From positions 1-39,209 of the forward strand of contig JANMLN010000072.1 in NCBI GenBank assembly GCA_031372565.1: a stretch of DNA of 39,209 nucleotides, in the 5' to 3' direction. The position numbers and the translations under genes were made by a program. This document shows, in pieces, positions 1-9,878 of the stretch. Each line of letters starts with the position of its first letter. Positions within the stretch are counted from its first letter, which is position 1. Source of the stretch: Gemmatimonadota bacterium. Lineage in GTDB: Bacteria; Gemmatimonadota; Gemmatimonadetes; Gemmatimonadales; Gemmatimonadaceae. The notes beneath the pieces were generated by a model that made no database searches, was not told where the DNA came from, and worked only from the letters and a program-made list of their open reading frames with translations.

Positions 1-112
1 GTGGGCGGCGCGGGTTGTTTTCTTCCCACCCCCCCCGGGGTGGTCCTGACAAATGCTATGTACCCGCTTCTCTCCCTAAAAGCTGTCCCTTCGTTTCGAT
101 CTGGACGACGAC

Positions 113-541
113 TTACTTGATGCGCTTGCCCGTGAGCGGGCCCGAGGCGCCGCCCAGCTCCCAGTTCCCGGTGAACGTGTCGCCGGTGAACAGCAGCGTG
201 ATCGTCGCGGCACCGTTCGGCGTGTCCATGCCGATCTTGACCGTCTGCCCGTCGGCCGTCACGGTCGAGATCGGGAGCTCGGGGGTGATGTCCGAGGTCA
301 TGCTCCCGGAGTAGTTGCCCGCAGTGCCCGCGATCTTCATGAGCCCCTTCATCGGGCTGCCGTTCAGCTCGGTGCTGAACTCGAACTGTCCAACGGGGTT
401 GACCGGCGCCGGCTTGGCCGGTGCGGCAGCCCGCGCCGTGCTGGGCGCGGCCATGGGGGCGGGTGCGGCCGTGGTGGACGTGCCCGACGACGCGCACGCG
501 CCGAGCGACAGGGCCGCAAGAGCCAGGACGAAACGGGACAT
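113..541 (-). CDS. Hypothetical lipoprotein (142 aa)
   Basis: ATG at 541 gives MSRFVLALAALSLGAC, a signal peptide with an LGAC lipobox. A Pro/Ala linker and a small beta-rich domain follow. Codon usage is GC3-rich. The upstream part of the 727 ORF looks non-coding. Confidence 0.8.
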   Translation of the reverse strand: MSRFVLALAALSLGACASSGTSTTAAPAPMAAPSTARAAAPAKPAPVNPVGQFEFSTELNGSPMKGLMKIAGTAGNYSGSMTSDITPELPISTVTADGQTVKIGMDTPNGAATITLLFTGDTFTGNWELGGASGPLTGKRIK

Positions 542-744
542 GGAGTTGATGACCTTGTGACGGGGGTGGTGATGCCCGGGGTTGGTGGGCTGCGGCAGAT
601 TAAACCGCGCATCGACCCGGGGAAAGAGACGCACTGACACGTCGTGGTTCGAGACGGTAACTTCCCCGGTTCTGCGACGCCTTGGACGGCGCCCATTCGG
701 GCTCCTGTCACGCTGGCGCAGCCTCACCTTCCGACCTCGTTTCC

Positions 745-2880
745 GTGCCTGCCCTGATTCCTGATCGCCTCGCTGGCCTGCCCGACGTTGCCCGTAACCT
801 GTCCTGGAGCTGGCACCGCGAGGCGCGTGTCGTCTTCCGTTCCATCGACGAACGCCTCTGGCATGGCGTCCGCCACAACCCCCTCAAGTTTCTCGACCAA
901 GTCTCGGCCGAGCGCCTGAATTCGGCCGCGCGGGACCCGCGCATCACGGCCTTGTACGACAAGATGATGGAGTGGTTCCGCTACGAGCAGTCGGGAGCCG
1001 GGACCTGGTTCTCCAAGGAGTGGCCCGAGCACGCCAAGAAGCCGATTGCCTACTTCTGCGCCGAGTTCGGCCTGCACAGCTCCGTGCCGATCTATTCGGG
1101 CGGCTTGGGTGTGTTGGCCGGGGACCATTGCAAGGCCGCGTCCGACCTCGGCGTGCCGCTGGTCGGCGTGGGCATCCTCTACCGCGCCGGCTACTTCGAC
1201 CAGCGCATCGACCTCGACGGGCGCCAGCAGGACACCAACGCGCGCTACGACCTCGCCCTGACCCCCATCAAGCCGATCCCGGGTCCCGGCGGCGTCCCGT
1301 ACCTCGCCACGGTCAACACCTTCGGCCGCGACGTGCACATCCGTGCCTGGCGCCTCGATGTCGGTCGCGTGCCGATCTACCTCCTCGACACCGAGCTCGA
1401 GGAGAATCATGTGGATGACCGTCCGCTGCTCTCCAAGCTCTATGCGGGCGGCCCGGCGCTCCGGCTCCGCCAGGAATGGCTGCTTGGCGTGGGCGGTGTG
1501 CGCGTGCTGCGTGCCTTGGGAATCCAGCCGCAGGCGTGGCATGCCAATGAAGGCCATGCCGCCTTCATGCTCACCGAGCGTGTGCGCGAGTACGTGGCCG
1601 GCGGCATGTCGTACGCCGAGGCCGTCACGAAGGTGCGCGGTGCCTCCACCTTCACCACGCACACCCCGGTGCCCGCGGGCCACGACCAGTTCGGCCCCGA
1701 CCAGATCGAGCAGTGTGCCGGGCCGGTGTGGGACGAGATGGGGATCACCAAGGACGAGTTCCTGGCGATCGGCCATCATCCCGTCATCGACCACCAGACG
1801 TTCCACATGACCGCGACCGCGATCCGGCTGTCGCGGCGCGTGAATGGCGTATCGCGCCGGCACGGCGTGGTCACGCGTGAACTGTGGACCTCGCTCTGGC
1901 CCGGCCGCGCGGCCGAGCAGATCCCGATCGGTCACGTCACCAACGGGGTGCATCTCGCCACCTGGATGGGCAATGCCATCATGCAGGTGGTCGACCGGAC
2001 GCTGGGCAGCAACTGGGGCTTGGGTCTCGCCGATTCGTCCACCTGGGACAAGATGGCGGAGGCCGATGATGCGACCCTCTGGTTCGCGCATCGCCAGCTC
2101 AAGGAGGTCCTGTTCAACCTGATTCGCGAAGAGGCCCGCCGCGCCTTTGTCGCACGCTCGCTTGCGGCCCCGCAAATGGTGGGCGCCGGCGTGATGCTCG
2201 ATCCGCACGTGCTCACCATCGGCTTCGCACGCCGCTTCGCCACCTACAAGCGCGCGAGCCTGATCTTCCGCGACGCCGACCGGCTGCGGAAGCTGCTCAC
2301 CGACACGAACCGTCCGGTGCAGATCATCTTTGCCGGCAAGGCGCACCCCGCCGACAACCCCGGCAAGGACGTGCTGCAGCAGGTCTACCAGTTCACGCGC
2401 GATCCGCAGTTCGAGGGGCGCGTCACGTTCGTGGAAGACTACGACATGCACCTGGCGCACCTGCTCGTGCAGGGGGTCGACCTCTGGATGAACCTGCCCA
2501 AGGTGCCGATGGAAGCGTCGGGCACGAGCGGGATGAAGGCCGCACTCAATGGCGTGCCGCAGTTCTCCACCATCGACGGGTGGTGGGAAGAAGCCTTTGA
2601 CGGCTCCAACGGGTGGGCCATCGGTCAGGCCGGCGTGGTCGACGACGACGCCGAGACGGCCAACCGCCTGTACACCCTGCTCGAGCAGGAAGTCGTTCCG
2701 CGCTTCTACAACCGCGACGACAAGGGCATTCCGCGCGCCTGGCTCACGATGATGAAGCAGGCAATGCGCATTGCCGGGCAGCAGTTCACCGCGCACCGCA
2801 TGGTCGGCGAGTACGCGCGCGACTACTACGTGCCCTCCATGACCGGTGTCGGCTCGGCGGACGATCCGCCGACCGGATGA
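745..2880 (+). CDS. glgP: Alpha-glucan (glycogen/maltodextrin) phosphorylase, GT35
   Basis: Motifs AYFCAEFG, YSGGLGVLAGDH, NEGH, FTTHTPVPAGHD, GFARRFATYKR and the PLP-lysine motif EASGTSGMKA. Start uncertain: GTG at 745 preferred, but the ORF is open from 682. Confidence 0.95.
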   Translation: MPALIPDRLAGLPDVARNLSWSWHREARVVFRSIDERLWHGVRHNPLKFLDQVSAERLNSAARDPRITALYDKMMEWFRYEQSGAGTWFSKEWPEHAKKPIAYFCAEFGLHSSVPIYSGGLGVLAGDHCKAASDLGVPLVGVGILYRAGYFDQRIDLDGRQQDTNARYDLALTPIKPIPGPGGVPYLATVNTFGRDVHIRAWRLDVGRVPIYLLDTELEENHVDDRPLLSKLYAGGPALRLRQEWLLGVGGVRVLRALGIQPQAWHANEGHAAFMLTERVREYVAGGMSYAEAVTKVRGASTFTTHTPVPAGHDQFGPDQIEQCAGPVWDEMGITKDEFLAIGHHPVIDHQTFHMTATAIRLSRRVNGVSRRHGVVTRELWTSLWPGRAAEQIPIGHVTNGVHLATWMGNAIMQVVDRTLGSNWGLGLADSSTWDKMAEADDATLWFAHRQLKEVLFNLIREEARRAFVARSLAAPQMVGAGVMLDPHVLTIGFARRFATYKRASLIFRDADRLRKLLTDTNRPVQIIFAGKAHPADNPGKDVLQQVYQFTRDPQFEGRVTFVEDYDMHLAHLLVQGVDLWMNLPKVPMEASGTSGMKAALNGVPQFSTIDGWWEEAFDGSNGWAIGQAGVVDDDAETANRLYTLLEQEVVPRFYNRDDKGIPRAWLTMMKQAMRIAGQQFTAHRMVGEYARDYYVPSMTGVGSADDPPTG

Positions 2881-4421
2881 GCGCCCGCAAGAAGTCCGTC
2901 GCGCCCAAGCGCGCACCGACGCCGCGCACCGCACGCGCGAAGGCGAGCGTGGTCCCCACCGCGAGCCCGCTGCGCGTCGGCGAGCGCGCGATCACGATCG
3001 TGCATGTGAGCGCCGAGGTGGCGCCGTGGGGACGTGTCGGGGAGCTGGGCGACAGCGTGGCGGCGCTCGCGCAGGCGCAGGCCGCGAGTGGGCGCAACGT
3101 GATCGTCATCTCGCCCGCGTACCGGGGCGTGATCGCGGAGCATCCCGAGTTGGTACCGGTGGGCGATCCGTTCGATCTCTCCATGGGCGATCACAGCGAG
3201 GTCGTGTCGCTGCTGGGCGAGGTCGATCCCGACCCGCGCCGCCCGTGGCTGCTCTTCGTGGATCATCGTGCGTCGTACGATCGTGACGGCGTGTACGCGG
3301 GCCCCGACGGCCCGTACCCCGATAATCCCGAGCGGTTCGCGCTGCTGGCCCATGCGGCCAGCGCCGCCGTGCGGCGGCTCGTGGCCGGACCCGTGGTGCT
3401 GCACGCGCACGACTGGCATGCGGCGCTCGTGCCGGTCCTCGAACATCTCGTGCCGGCATCCGAGCGCCACGCCACGGTGCTCACCGTGCATGACGCCGCC
3501 TTCCAGGGCCATGTGGGCCCCGAGCGCCTCCGTGCGCTCGGTCTACCGGGGCGGCTCTTCACCCCCGACGCACTCGAGTGGTACGGCCGCGTCAATCTGC
3601 TCAAGGGCGGTGCGTCGTTTGCCGAGCAGGTGGTCGCCACCAGCCCGGCACATGTGACCGAGCTGCGCACCCCGGCCGGTGGGTTCGGTCTCGATGGGCT
3701 CTTCCGGTGGCGCGGTGCGTCGCTCACGGGGGTTGCCGACGGACTCGATGGTGCCGCGTGGAATCCGGCGACCGACGTGGCCATCGCGTCGCGGTTTGGT
3801 CCGGGCACGGTCGCCGACCGCGCCAAGAACAAGCAGGCGCTGCAGCGTGCCGCCAAGCTGCCGGTACGCGCACGCACACCACTGGTGCTCCTGCCGTCGC
3901 CGCTCACGCTGCGCAGTGGGGCCGCGCTCGCACTCGAGAGTGCGCTGCTGCGCACCACGGACGCCCAGTGCGTGATTCTCGCCGCGGGCGAGCCGGCCCT
4001 CGTCGCGGCCGCACAGCAAGTGGCGGCCGAGCATCCGGGTCGCATCGCCGTGATCGAAGCAGCCGACGAACGCACCGAGCGGCGCGCCTTGGCGGGCGCC
4101 GACATCGTGCTCCTGCCGTCGCTGCACGAGCCGAGCGCGGCCCTTGCGCGCCGGGCGCTGCGCTACGGCGCGGCGATCGTCGTCCGGGCCACGGGTGCGC
4201 ACGGCGACCTGCCCGACGTGCAGGCGGTCGTGCGCTTCCAGCCGTTCGACGTGGACGCGCTCGATCGTGCGCTCGAGGCGGCGCTGGCCGCATTCATCGA
4301 CAAGAAGAGCTGGACTGCGCACGTGCAGGAAGCGCTGGAACTACCAGCGGGATGGGAGAGCGCGGTGGACGCGTACGACGCCCGGTACCGCGCTGCGCTC
4401 GGACTCGAGGAGACGCCATGA
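2877..4421 (+). CDS. glgA: Glycogen/starch synthase-like GT5 protein with degenerate catalytic motifs
   Basis: ATGA overlap with the glgP stop. Contains SAEVAPW, YPDNPERF, HAHDWH, TVHD, NLLKGG and WNPATD. The KTGGL, SRLxxQKG and EPCGL motifs are altered (see findings). Confidence 0.85.
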   Translation: MSARKKSVAPKRAPTPRTARAKASVVPTASPLRVGERAITIVHVSAEVAPWGRVGELGDSVAALAQAQAASGRNVIVISPAYRGVIAEHPELVPVGDPFDLSMGDHSEVVSLLGEVDPDPRRPWLLFVDHRASYDRDGVYAGPDGPYPDNPERFALLAHAASAAVRRLVAGPVVLHAHDWHAALVPVLEHLVPASERHATVLTVHDAAFQGHVGPERLRALGLPGRLFTPDALEWYGRVNLLKGGASFAEQVVATSPAHVTELRTPAGGFGLDGLFRWRGASLTGVADGLDGAAWNPATDVAIASRFGPGTVADRAKNKQALQRAAKLPVRARTPLVLLPSPLTLRSGAALALESALLRTTDAQCVILAAGEPALVAAAQQVAAEHPGRIAVIEAADERTERRALAGADIVLLPSLHEPSAALARRALRYGAAIVVRATGAHGDLPDVQAVVRFQPFDVDALDRALEAALAAFIDKKSWTAHVQEALELPAGWESAVDAYDARYRAALGLEETP

Positions 4422-6130
4422 CCACGCAGATGGACTTCGTGCTCGTGTTGCATAGTCACCTGCCGTACGTGCTCAACCACGGGCGGTGGCCGCACGGCAG
4501 CGATTGGCTCACCGAGGCCACGCTCGACACGTACCTCCCACTCGTCCGCGCGCTCGATGCACTGGCGGCCGATGGCGTCCATGCACCGATCACGCTGGGG
4601 ATCACGCCGATCCTCGCGTCGCAGCTCGCGAATCCGGTCTTCGCCACCGAACTCGAGGCGTTTCTCGACCAGCGCATCGAGGCCTGCATCGCCTGTGAGG
4701 GCGCCCTGCCCGCCACCGCCGACGCGCGCTTGATCGAGATCACCCGCTGGTGGTACGACCGCTACCTGTGGCTGCGCGAGACGTGGGAGGAGATCGGCGG
4801 CGACCTGATCGGCACCTTTGCCGCCCATGCGCAAGCCGGACGACTCGAGATCACCACGTCGGCGGCGACACACGGCTTCTTGCCACTGCTGGGCCGTGAC
4901 GAGTCGATTCGCCTGCAGTTGGCGGCCGGCCAGATGGAGCACGAGCGGTTGTTCGGCGTCAAGGCAGCCGGCCTCTGGATGCCCGAGTGCGCGTATCGCC
5001 CGCGTGGTCCGTGGAATCCCGATCCGCAGGCGCCACGTGCCGGCGAGTCGCGTGCCGGTATCGAGTCATTCCTCGAGGAGTTCGGCGTCCGCTTCGTCAC
5101 GGTCGATGCGCACCTGGCGCGCGCGGGCCAGTCGCTCGGGCTCTACGGCGATGTCGCCTTCCAGACCGGCGAGCTCGTCAAGGCGGGGGTCCTCATCGAC
5201 AGCGGTCGGCGGCGCCACTCGCCGTATCGGGCCTATCGCCTCGGGCGACGGCGCGACAACAGTGCGCCGCGCGCCTTGGTGCGCGATCCGCGCACGTCGT
5301 TCAAGGTCTGGAGCCGGCACGATGGCTACCCCGGCGACGGCAACTACCTGGAGTTCCACAAAATTCGCTGGCCCGGCGGACTCAAGCTCTGGCGCGTGAC
5401 CGAGAGCACGACCGACCTGGGCGACAAGCTCCCCTACGTACCCGCGAACGCCGCGGCCGCCGTGTCGCGTCATTCGCGCGACTTCGCGCAGCTGTTGGGG
5501 GGCCTCGCCGCCGAGGGGAGCGATCCGCTGCGTGAAGTGATCGTGGCCCCGTTCGACACGGAGCTCTTTGGTCACTGGTGGTTCGAAGGGGTCGACTTCC
5601 TCGAAGGGCTGTACCGTGCACTCCCGACGCAGCGCAACGTGCACGCGACCACGGCGTCGCAGCACATCGCGCACGCGCAGCACGACGGCGGCGTGCAGTT
5701 GGCCCCCGGCACGTGGGGCGCCAACGGCGACTTCAGCATGTGGTACGGCCCGCTCACGGCGTGGACCTGGCACCGGCTCTGGCCGCTCGAGGAGCGCTTC
5801 TGGAATATCGCGGCCGCGGCGCTCGCCAATCCCGACACACACGACATCCTCGCGCAGGCCGCCCGATCGCTGCTGCTGCTCCAGTCGAGCGACTGGCAGT
5901 TCATCATCTCCACCGGTGAAGTGGCCGACTACGCCGAGCGTCGCTTCAACGGACACGCCGACGACACGGACCGGTTCCTCTCGGCGCTCGAAGGCGCGGA
6001 GGGCGTCGATCTCGAGAACACGCGCGCCTTCGCCGCCGAGCTGCGCGTGCGCGATGATGTCTTTCCCGGCGTGATCGACGCGATTCGCGTGGCGCTGGCT
6101 GGCACCGTGCCGGCGGAGGCCGTGGGGTGA
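4418..6130 (+). CDS. GH57 1,4-alpha-glucan branching enzyme (DUF1957 C-terminal type)
   Basis: ATGA overlap. Contains LHSHLPYV, THGFLPL, WMPECAY (nucleophile Glu), PFDTELFGHWWFEG (acid/base Asp) and QSSDWQF. Confidence 0.92.
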   Translation: MTTQMDFVLVLHSHLPYVLNHGRWPHGSDWLTEATLDTYLPLVRALDALAADGVHAPITLGITPILASQLANPVFATELEAFLDQRIEACIACEGALPATADARLIEITRWWYDRYLWLRETWEEIGGDLIGTFAAHAQAGRLEITTSAATHGFLPLLGRDESIRLQLAAGQMEHERLFGVKAAGLWMPECAYRPRGPWNPDPQAPRAGESRAGIESFLEEFGVRFVTVDAHLARAGQSLGLYGDVAFQTGELVKAGVLIDSGRRRHSPYRAYRLGRRRDNSAPRALVRDPRTSFKVWSRHDGYPGDGNYLEFHKIRWPGGLKLWRVTESTTDLGDKLPYVPANAAAAVSRHSRDFAQLLGGLAAEGSDPLREVIVAPFDTELFGHWWFEGVDFLEGLYRALPTQRNVHATTASQHIAHAQHDGGVQLAPGTWGANGDFSMWYGPLTAWTWHRLWPLEERFWNIAAAALANPDTHDILAQAARSLLLLQSSDWQFIISTGEVADYAERRFNGHADDTDRFLSALEGAEGVDLENTRAFAAELRVRDDVFPGVIDAIRVALAGTVPAEAVG

Positions 6131-8169
6131 GCACTGCACGTTCGGTCGTGATTCACGGGCACTTCTACCAGCCTCCGCGCGAGGATCCGTGGCTCGAAGT
6201 CGTGGAGCGCGAGGCCAACGCGGCCCCGGCACACGACTGGAACGTGCGCATCACGCAGGAGTGCTACACGCCGATGGCCACGGCGCGCCTGCTCGATGCG
6301 CAGGGCAACATCGCCCGTCTCGTGAATTGCTACGAGGCGATGTCGTTCGATGTCGGCGCGACGCTGGCCGAATGGCTCGAGCGATCGGCGCCCACCACCT
6401 GGCGTGCGATCGTTGCGGCCGACCGGCTGTCGGCCGCGCGGTTGGGCGGACATGGCAACGCGATGGCGGCGCCGTACCACCACGTGATCCTGCCGCTCGC
6501 GTCGCCGCGCGAACGCCGGACCGAGATCCGCTGGGGAATCGCCGACTTCCGGCGTCGGTTCGGCCGTGAGCCCGAGGGGTTCTGGTGCCCCGAGACGGCG
6601 GTCGATGAGGCGACGCTCGTCGCGCTCGCCGAGGCAGGGATCCGCTTCACGATTGTCGCGCCGCATCAGGTGACCAACCCGCCCATCGATGGCGTGCCGC
6701 TCACCTTCAGCGCCGGCGGGGGCCGATCGCTCGCCGTCTGCGTGTACGATGGCGCCCTCTCGCGCGACATCGCGTTCGGTCCGCTCCTCAAGAGCGGCGA
6801 CTCGCTCACGGGTCGGCTGCTCGATGAGACGCCGCTGCCGGGCGGCACCATCACCCCCGTGGTGCGCGCGATCGCCACGGACGGCGAGACCTTCGGACAT
6901 CACCACGCATTCGGCGAGATGGCGCTGGCCGCGGCCATCGACCGGCTGGCGCGGCATGCATCGGCGCACATCGAGAACTACGCGAGCATCGTCGCTCGCA
7001 TGGGGGCGCGGCCCGCCGCACAGCTCGTGTCGCCCTCGGCGTGGAGCTGTTCGCACGGCGTCGAACGCTGGCGCGCCGACTGCGGCTGCAAGGTGGCTCC
7101 CGAACGGGGCTGGTCGCAGCAGTGGCGCGCGCCGCTGCGTGCATCGCTCACCTGGCTCGCAGGTGAGTTGCGGCAGCGCTGGGACGCCTCGGCGCCGGCG
7201 CTGTTTGCCGATGCCGACGCCGCGCTCGATGACTACGGCGAGATCGTGGCCCAGGACGGTGCGCCGCAGGCCGAGTGGGTGCGCGATCGGTTGCGCGCGC
7301 CGAACGACGCCACGTTGTTGGGGGCGCGCCGGTTGCTCGAGCAGGAGCGCGCCACGCTGCGCATGTACACCTCCTGCGCCTGGTTCTTCGATGACGTGGC
7401 CGGCCTCGAGCCCAAGCAGGCGTTGCGCTACGCGGCGCGCGCGATCGAGCTCGCGGGGGATACCGGCGCGCTGCGCGACGGACTGCTGCAGCGGTTGGCG
7501 CACGCGCGGAGCAACGATCCGCGTGAAGGCACGGCGGCCGACATCTTCGCGCGGCTGACCGATCCCGCGCTCACGCCGCTCGCACGCGTGGCGGCCGGTC
7601 GCGCGGTGAGTCACGCGCTCTCGGCGACCGTCGATGCGAATGCGGCACCGTGCATCGATGTCACGGAGGACGAGGACGGGACGCTCGTCCTCACGCATCG
7701 CCGCACGGGCGATACCAACCGCTTTGGCGTGCTCGTGCGGCGCGAGGCCGATGGCGAGATCGTGGCCGAGGTGACGGGCGCGGACGGGCAGCGGCAGGCG
7801 CTGCATGCGGCGCAGTTCGCGGAGGGATACGCCGATCCGATCGCGCGCCTCGTCACCGGTGAGGACGTGCGCACGCTGTTGGCGCCGGAGTTGCGCGTGC
7901 GCCTCGCACAGGGCGAGTCCGTGACCGCGCTTGCGGGCGAGGCGCTCGCGCACACGATCCGCGTGCTCACGCTCTCGGAGAGCGCCGACGAACTGGAGAT
8001 CGGCGTCGCGACCGCGCTGCGCCTCGCACGGTTGCTGGCGCGCCTGGGCGGCCGTGTGCCCTACGACGCACTCGTGGCCGCGGTGCATGTGCGCGATACC
8101 GTGCCGGCCGCGCTCCGTCCAACGCTCGCGCCGCTGGAGCGCTACCTGCGCATCGCCGTCGATCCATGA
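6127..8169 (+). CDS. GH57 family glycoside hydrolase, DUF3536-type
   Basis: GTGA overlap. Contains HGHFYQPPREDPW, HDWNxRITxECY, FWCPET, ATDGETFGHH, WSCSHGVERW and MYTSCAWFFDD. Confidence 0.9.
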   Translation: MSTARSVVIHGHFYQPPREDPWLEVVEREANAAPAHDWNVRITQECYTPMATARLLDAQGNIARLVNCYEAMSFDVGATLAEWLERSAPTTWRAIVAADRLSAARLGGHGNAMAAPYHHVILPLASPRERRTEIRWGIADFRRRFGREPEGFWCPETAVDEATLVALAEAGIRFTIVAPHQVTNPPIDGVPLTFSAGGGRSLAVCVYDGALSRDIAFGPLLKSGDSLTGRLLDETPLPGGTITPVVRAIATDGETFGHHHAFGEMALAAAIDRLARHASAHIENYASIVARMGARPAAQLVSPSAWSCSHGVERWRADCGCKVAPERGWSQQWRAPLRASLTWLAGELRQRWDASAPALFADADAALDDYGEIVAQDGAPQAEWVRDRLRAPNDATLLGARRLLEQERATLRMYTSCAWFFDDVAGLEPKQALRYAARAIELAGDTGALRDGLLQRLAHARSNDPREGTAADIFARLTDPALTPLARVAAGRAVSHALSATVDANAAPCIDVTEDEDGTLVLTHRRTGDTNRFGVLVRREADGEIVAEVTGADGQRQALHAAQFAEGYADPIARLVTGEDVRTLLAPELRVRLAQGESVTALAGEALAHTIRVLTLSESADELEIGVATALRLARLLARLGGRVPYDALVAAVHVRDTVPAALRPTLAPLERYLRIAVDP

Positions 8170-8220
8170 CAGATCCGTGCATCATCCCTGCGCACGCGAT
8201 GAGCGATCGATGAATCGTCC

Positions 8221-9825
8221 ATGAGCACCGTCTCGCTGCTCGGCCTGCATCACGTGACCGCCATCTGCGGGCACCCGCGCCGGACGCGCGACTTCTACGA
8301 GCGCGTGCTCGGGCTGCGCCTCGTGAAGCGCACCGTCAACTTCGACGATCCGGGCACCTGGCACCTGTACTTCGGCACCGAGACCGGAGCGCCCGGCACG
8401 ATCATCACCTTCTTTCCGTGGATGGGGGCGCCGCACGGGCGCGTGGGAGCGGGCCAATGTGCGATGCTGTCGCTCGCCGTGCCGCCCGAGTCGATCGGCT
8501 GGTGGATGGAGCGGTTCCTGACGCATCAGGTCACGCACGGACTGCCCGCCTCGCGACACGGCGAACGCGTGCTCGAGTTCCGCGACCCCGACGGGATGCT
8601 GCTCGAGCTGGTCAGCACCCCCGACGCCGCGGAGCGCGCGCCGTGGACGGGCGGTGGCGTGCCGAGCGACGTCGCCATTCGCGGGCTGCACGCGGTGACC
8701 TGTTGGGTCGAGTCGGCGCGTGATACGCGGGCGCTGATCACCGAGACGCTGGGGTTCCTGTCGTACTCGGAGGATGGCAACCACCACCGCTTCACGTGCA
8801 ATTCACCGCGCTCGGGTACCTATCTCGATGTCCGCACCGTGGGCGGCTTCGTGCGCGGCGTCGAGGGCGTTGGCACGATCCACCATGTGGCGTGGCGCGT
8901 GGCCGACAGTGCGGCGCAGCATGCCCTGCGCATCGCGATTGCCGATACGGAACTCTCGATCACCGGGCAGCTTGATCGGCGCTACTTCAAGTCGATGTAC
9001 TTCCGCGAACCCGGCGGTGTGCTGTTCGAGTTGGCGACCGACGGTCCGGGGTTCGAGCTGGACGAACCGCTGGCATCGCTCGGGCAAGCGCTTGCGCTGC
9101 CCCCGTGGCTGGAACCCGCACGCCCCGGCATCAAGCGCTCACTCGCACCGCTCGACGAAGACGACGAGCTGCGCACCCCGGCCTCCTCGCGCACCGTCCC
9201 GGACGCGCCAACGGGGTACGTGCATCGCTATGTGCCGCCCGAGACGGACAGCGCGGGCACGCTCATCGTGTTGCACGGGACCGGCGGCGACGAGAATGAT
9301 CTCTTGCCGCTCGGGCCCCTGCTCGCACCTGGCTGGGGGGTGCTGTCGCCCCGCGGGCCGGTGCTCGAGCACGGCATGCCGCGCTTCTTCAAGCGACTCT
9401 CGGAGGGCGTCTTCGATCTGGACGATCTCGCCCAGCGCACCGATGACCTCGCCGCGTTCGTGGGTGAGGCGGCGCGCGCCTACCGGTTCGAGGCGAATCG
9501 TGTCGTGGCCGCCGGCTTTTCCAATGGTGCGAACATCGCCGCGAGTATTGTGCTGCGGCATCCCGGTACGTTCCGCGCCGCGATGCTCTTTGCCCCCATG
9601 GTGCCCTTCGAGCCGTCGGTGCTGCCGGATCTGCGCGGTACCGTCGTGTTCATCGGCGCCGGGGCGCGCGACGCCATCGCGCCGCCACCGCAGGTGGAGA
9701 AGCTCGCCGCCATCCTGCGCCAGTCGGGCGCCGATGTCACGCTCGAATGGCACGAGGGCGGGCACGAGCTCAACGCGCCCCTCGCCCGTTCAGCGAAGGC
9801 ATGGTTCGCGGCGCGCTTCGGATAG
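8221..9825 (+). CDS. Fusion of a ring-cleaving dioxygenase (VOC, MhqO/PcpA-like) and an alpha/beta hydrolase (MhqD-like carboxylesterase)
   Basis: N-terminal part has GLHHVTAI, KRTVNFDDPGTWHLYF, IHHVAWR and YFKSMYFREPGGVLFELATD. C-terminal part has LHGTGGDE, GFSNGA, GxxD and GGH. Confidence 0.9.
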   Translation: MSTVSLLGLHHVTAICGHPRRTRDFYERVLGLRLVKRTVNFDDPGTWHLYFGTETGAPGTIITFFPWMGAPHGRVGAGQCAMLSLAVPPESIGWWMERFLTHQVTHGLPASRHGERVLEFRDPDGMLLELVSTPDAAERAPWTGGGVPSDVAIRGLHAVTCWVESARDTRALITETLGFLSYSEDGNHHRFTCNSPRSGTYLDVRTVGGFVRGVEGVGTIHHVAWRVADSAAQHALRIAIADTELSITGQLDRRYFKSMYFREPGGVLFELATDGPGFELDEPLASLGQALALPPWLEPARPGIKRSLAPLDEDDELRTPASSRTVPDAPTGYVHRYVPPETDSAGTLIVLHGTGGDENDLLPLGPLLAPGWGVLSPRGPVLEHGMPRFFKRLSEGVFDLDDLAQRTDDLAAFVGEAARAYRFEANRVVAAGFSNGANIAASIVLRHPGTFRAAMLFAPMVPFEPSVLPDLRGTVVFIGAGARDAIAPPPQVEKLAAILRQSGADVTLEWHEGGHELNAPLARSAKAWFAARFG

Positions 9826-9878
9826 CCGCGCGGTGCGCGCAGTGCGCGCGCGTCGGCCCTCGACAGCGGCCTGCGTGG

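Noticed and set aside
26..43. Hairpin CCACCCC/GGGGTGG as the terminator of the lipoprotein gene
   Set aside because: No U-tract follows on the minus strand, and the context is truncated by the window edge.
724..2934. Long antisense ORFs (for example 724-2934, 5929-8088, 11162-12460, 21900-23237, 35258-37057)
   Set aside because: These are shadows of real genes. High GC3 removes stop codons in the antisense frame, and the translations show no family motifs.
2613..4417. Long N-terminal extensions of the ORF-track calls 2613-4421 and 3578-6130 (also 33363-35129 and 26835-29891)
   Set aside because: The extensions overlap upstream genes and are low-complexity Arg/Gly/Ala sequence. The real starts coincide with stop/start overlaps or SD sites.
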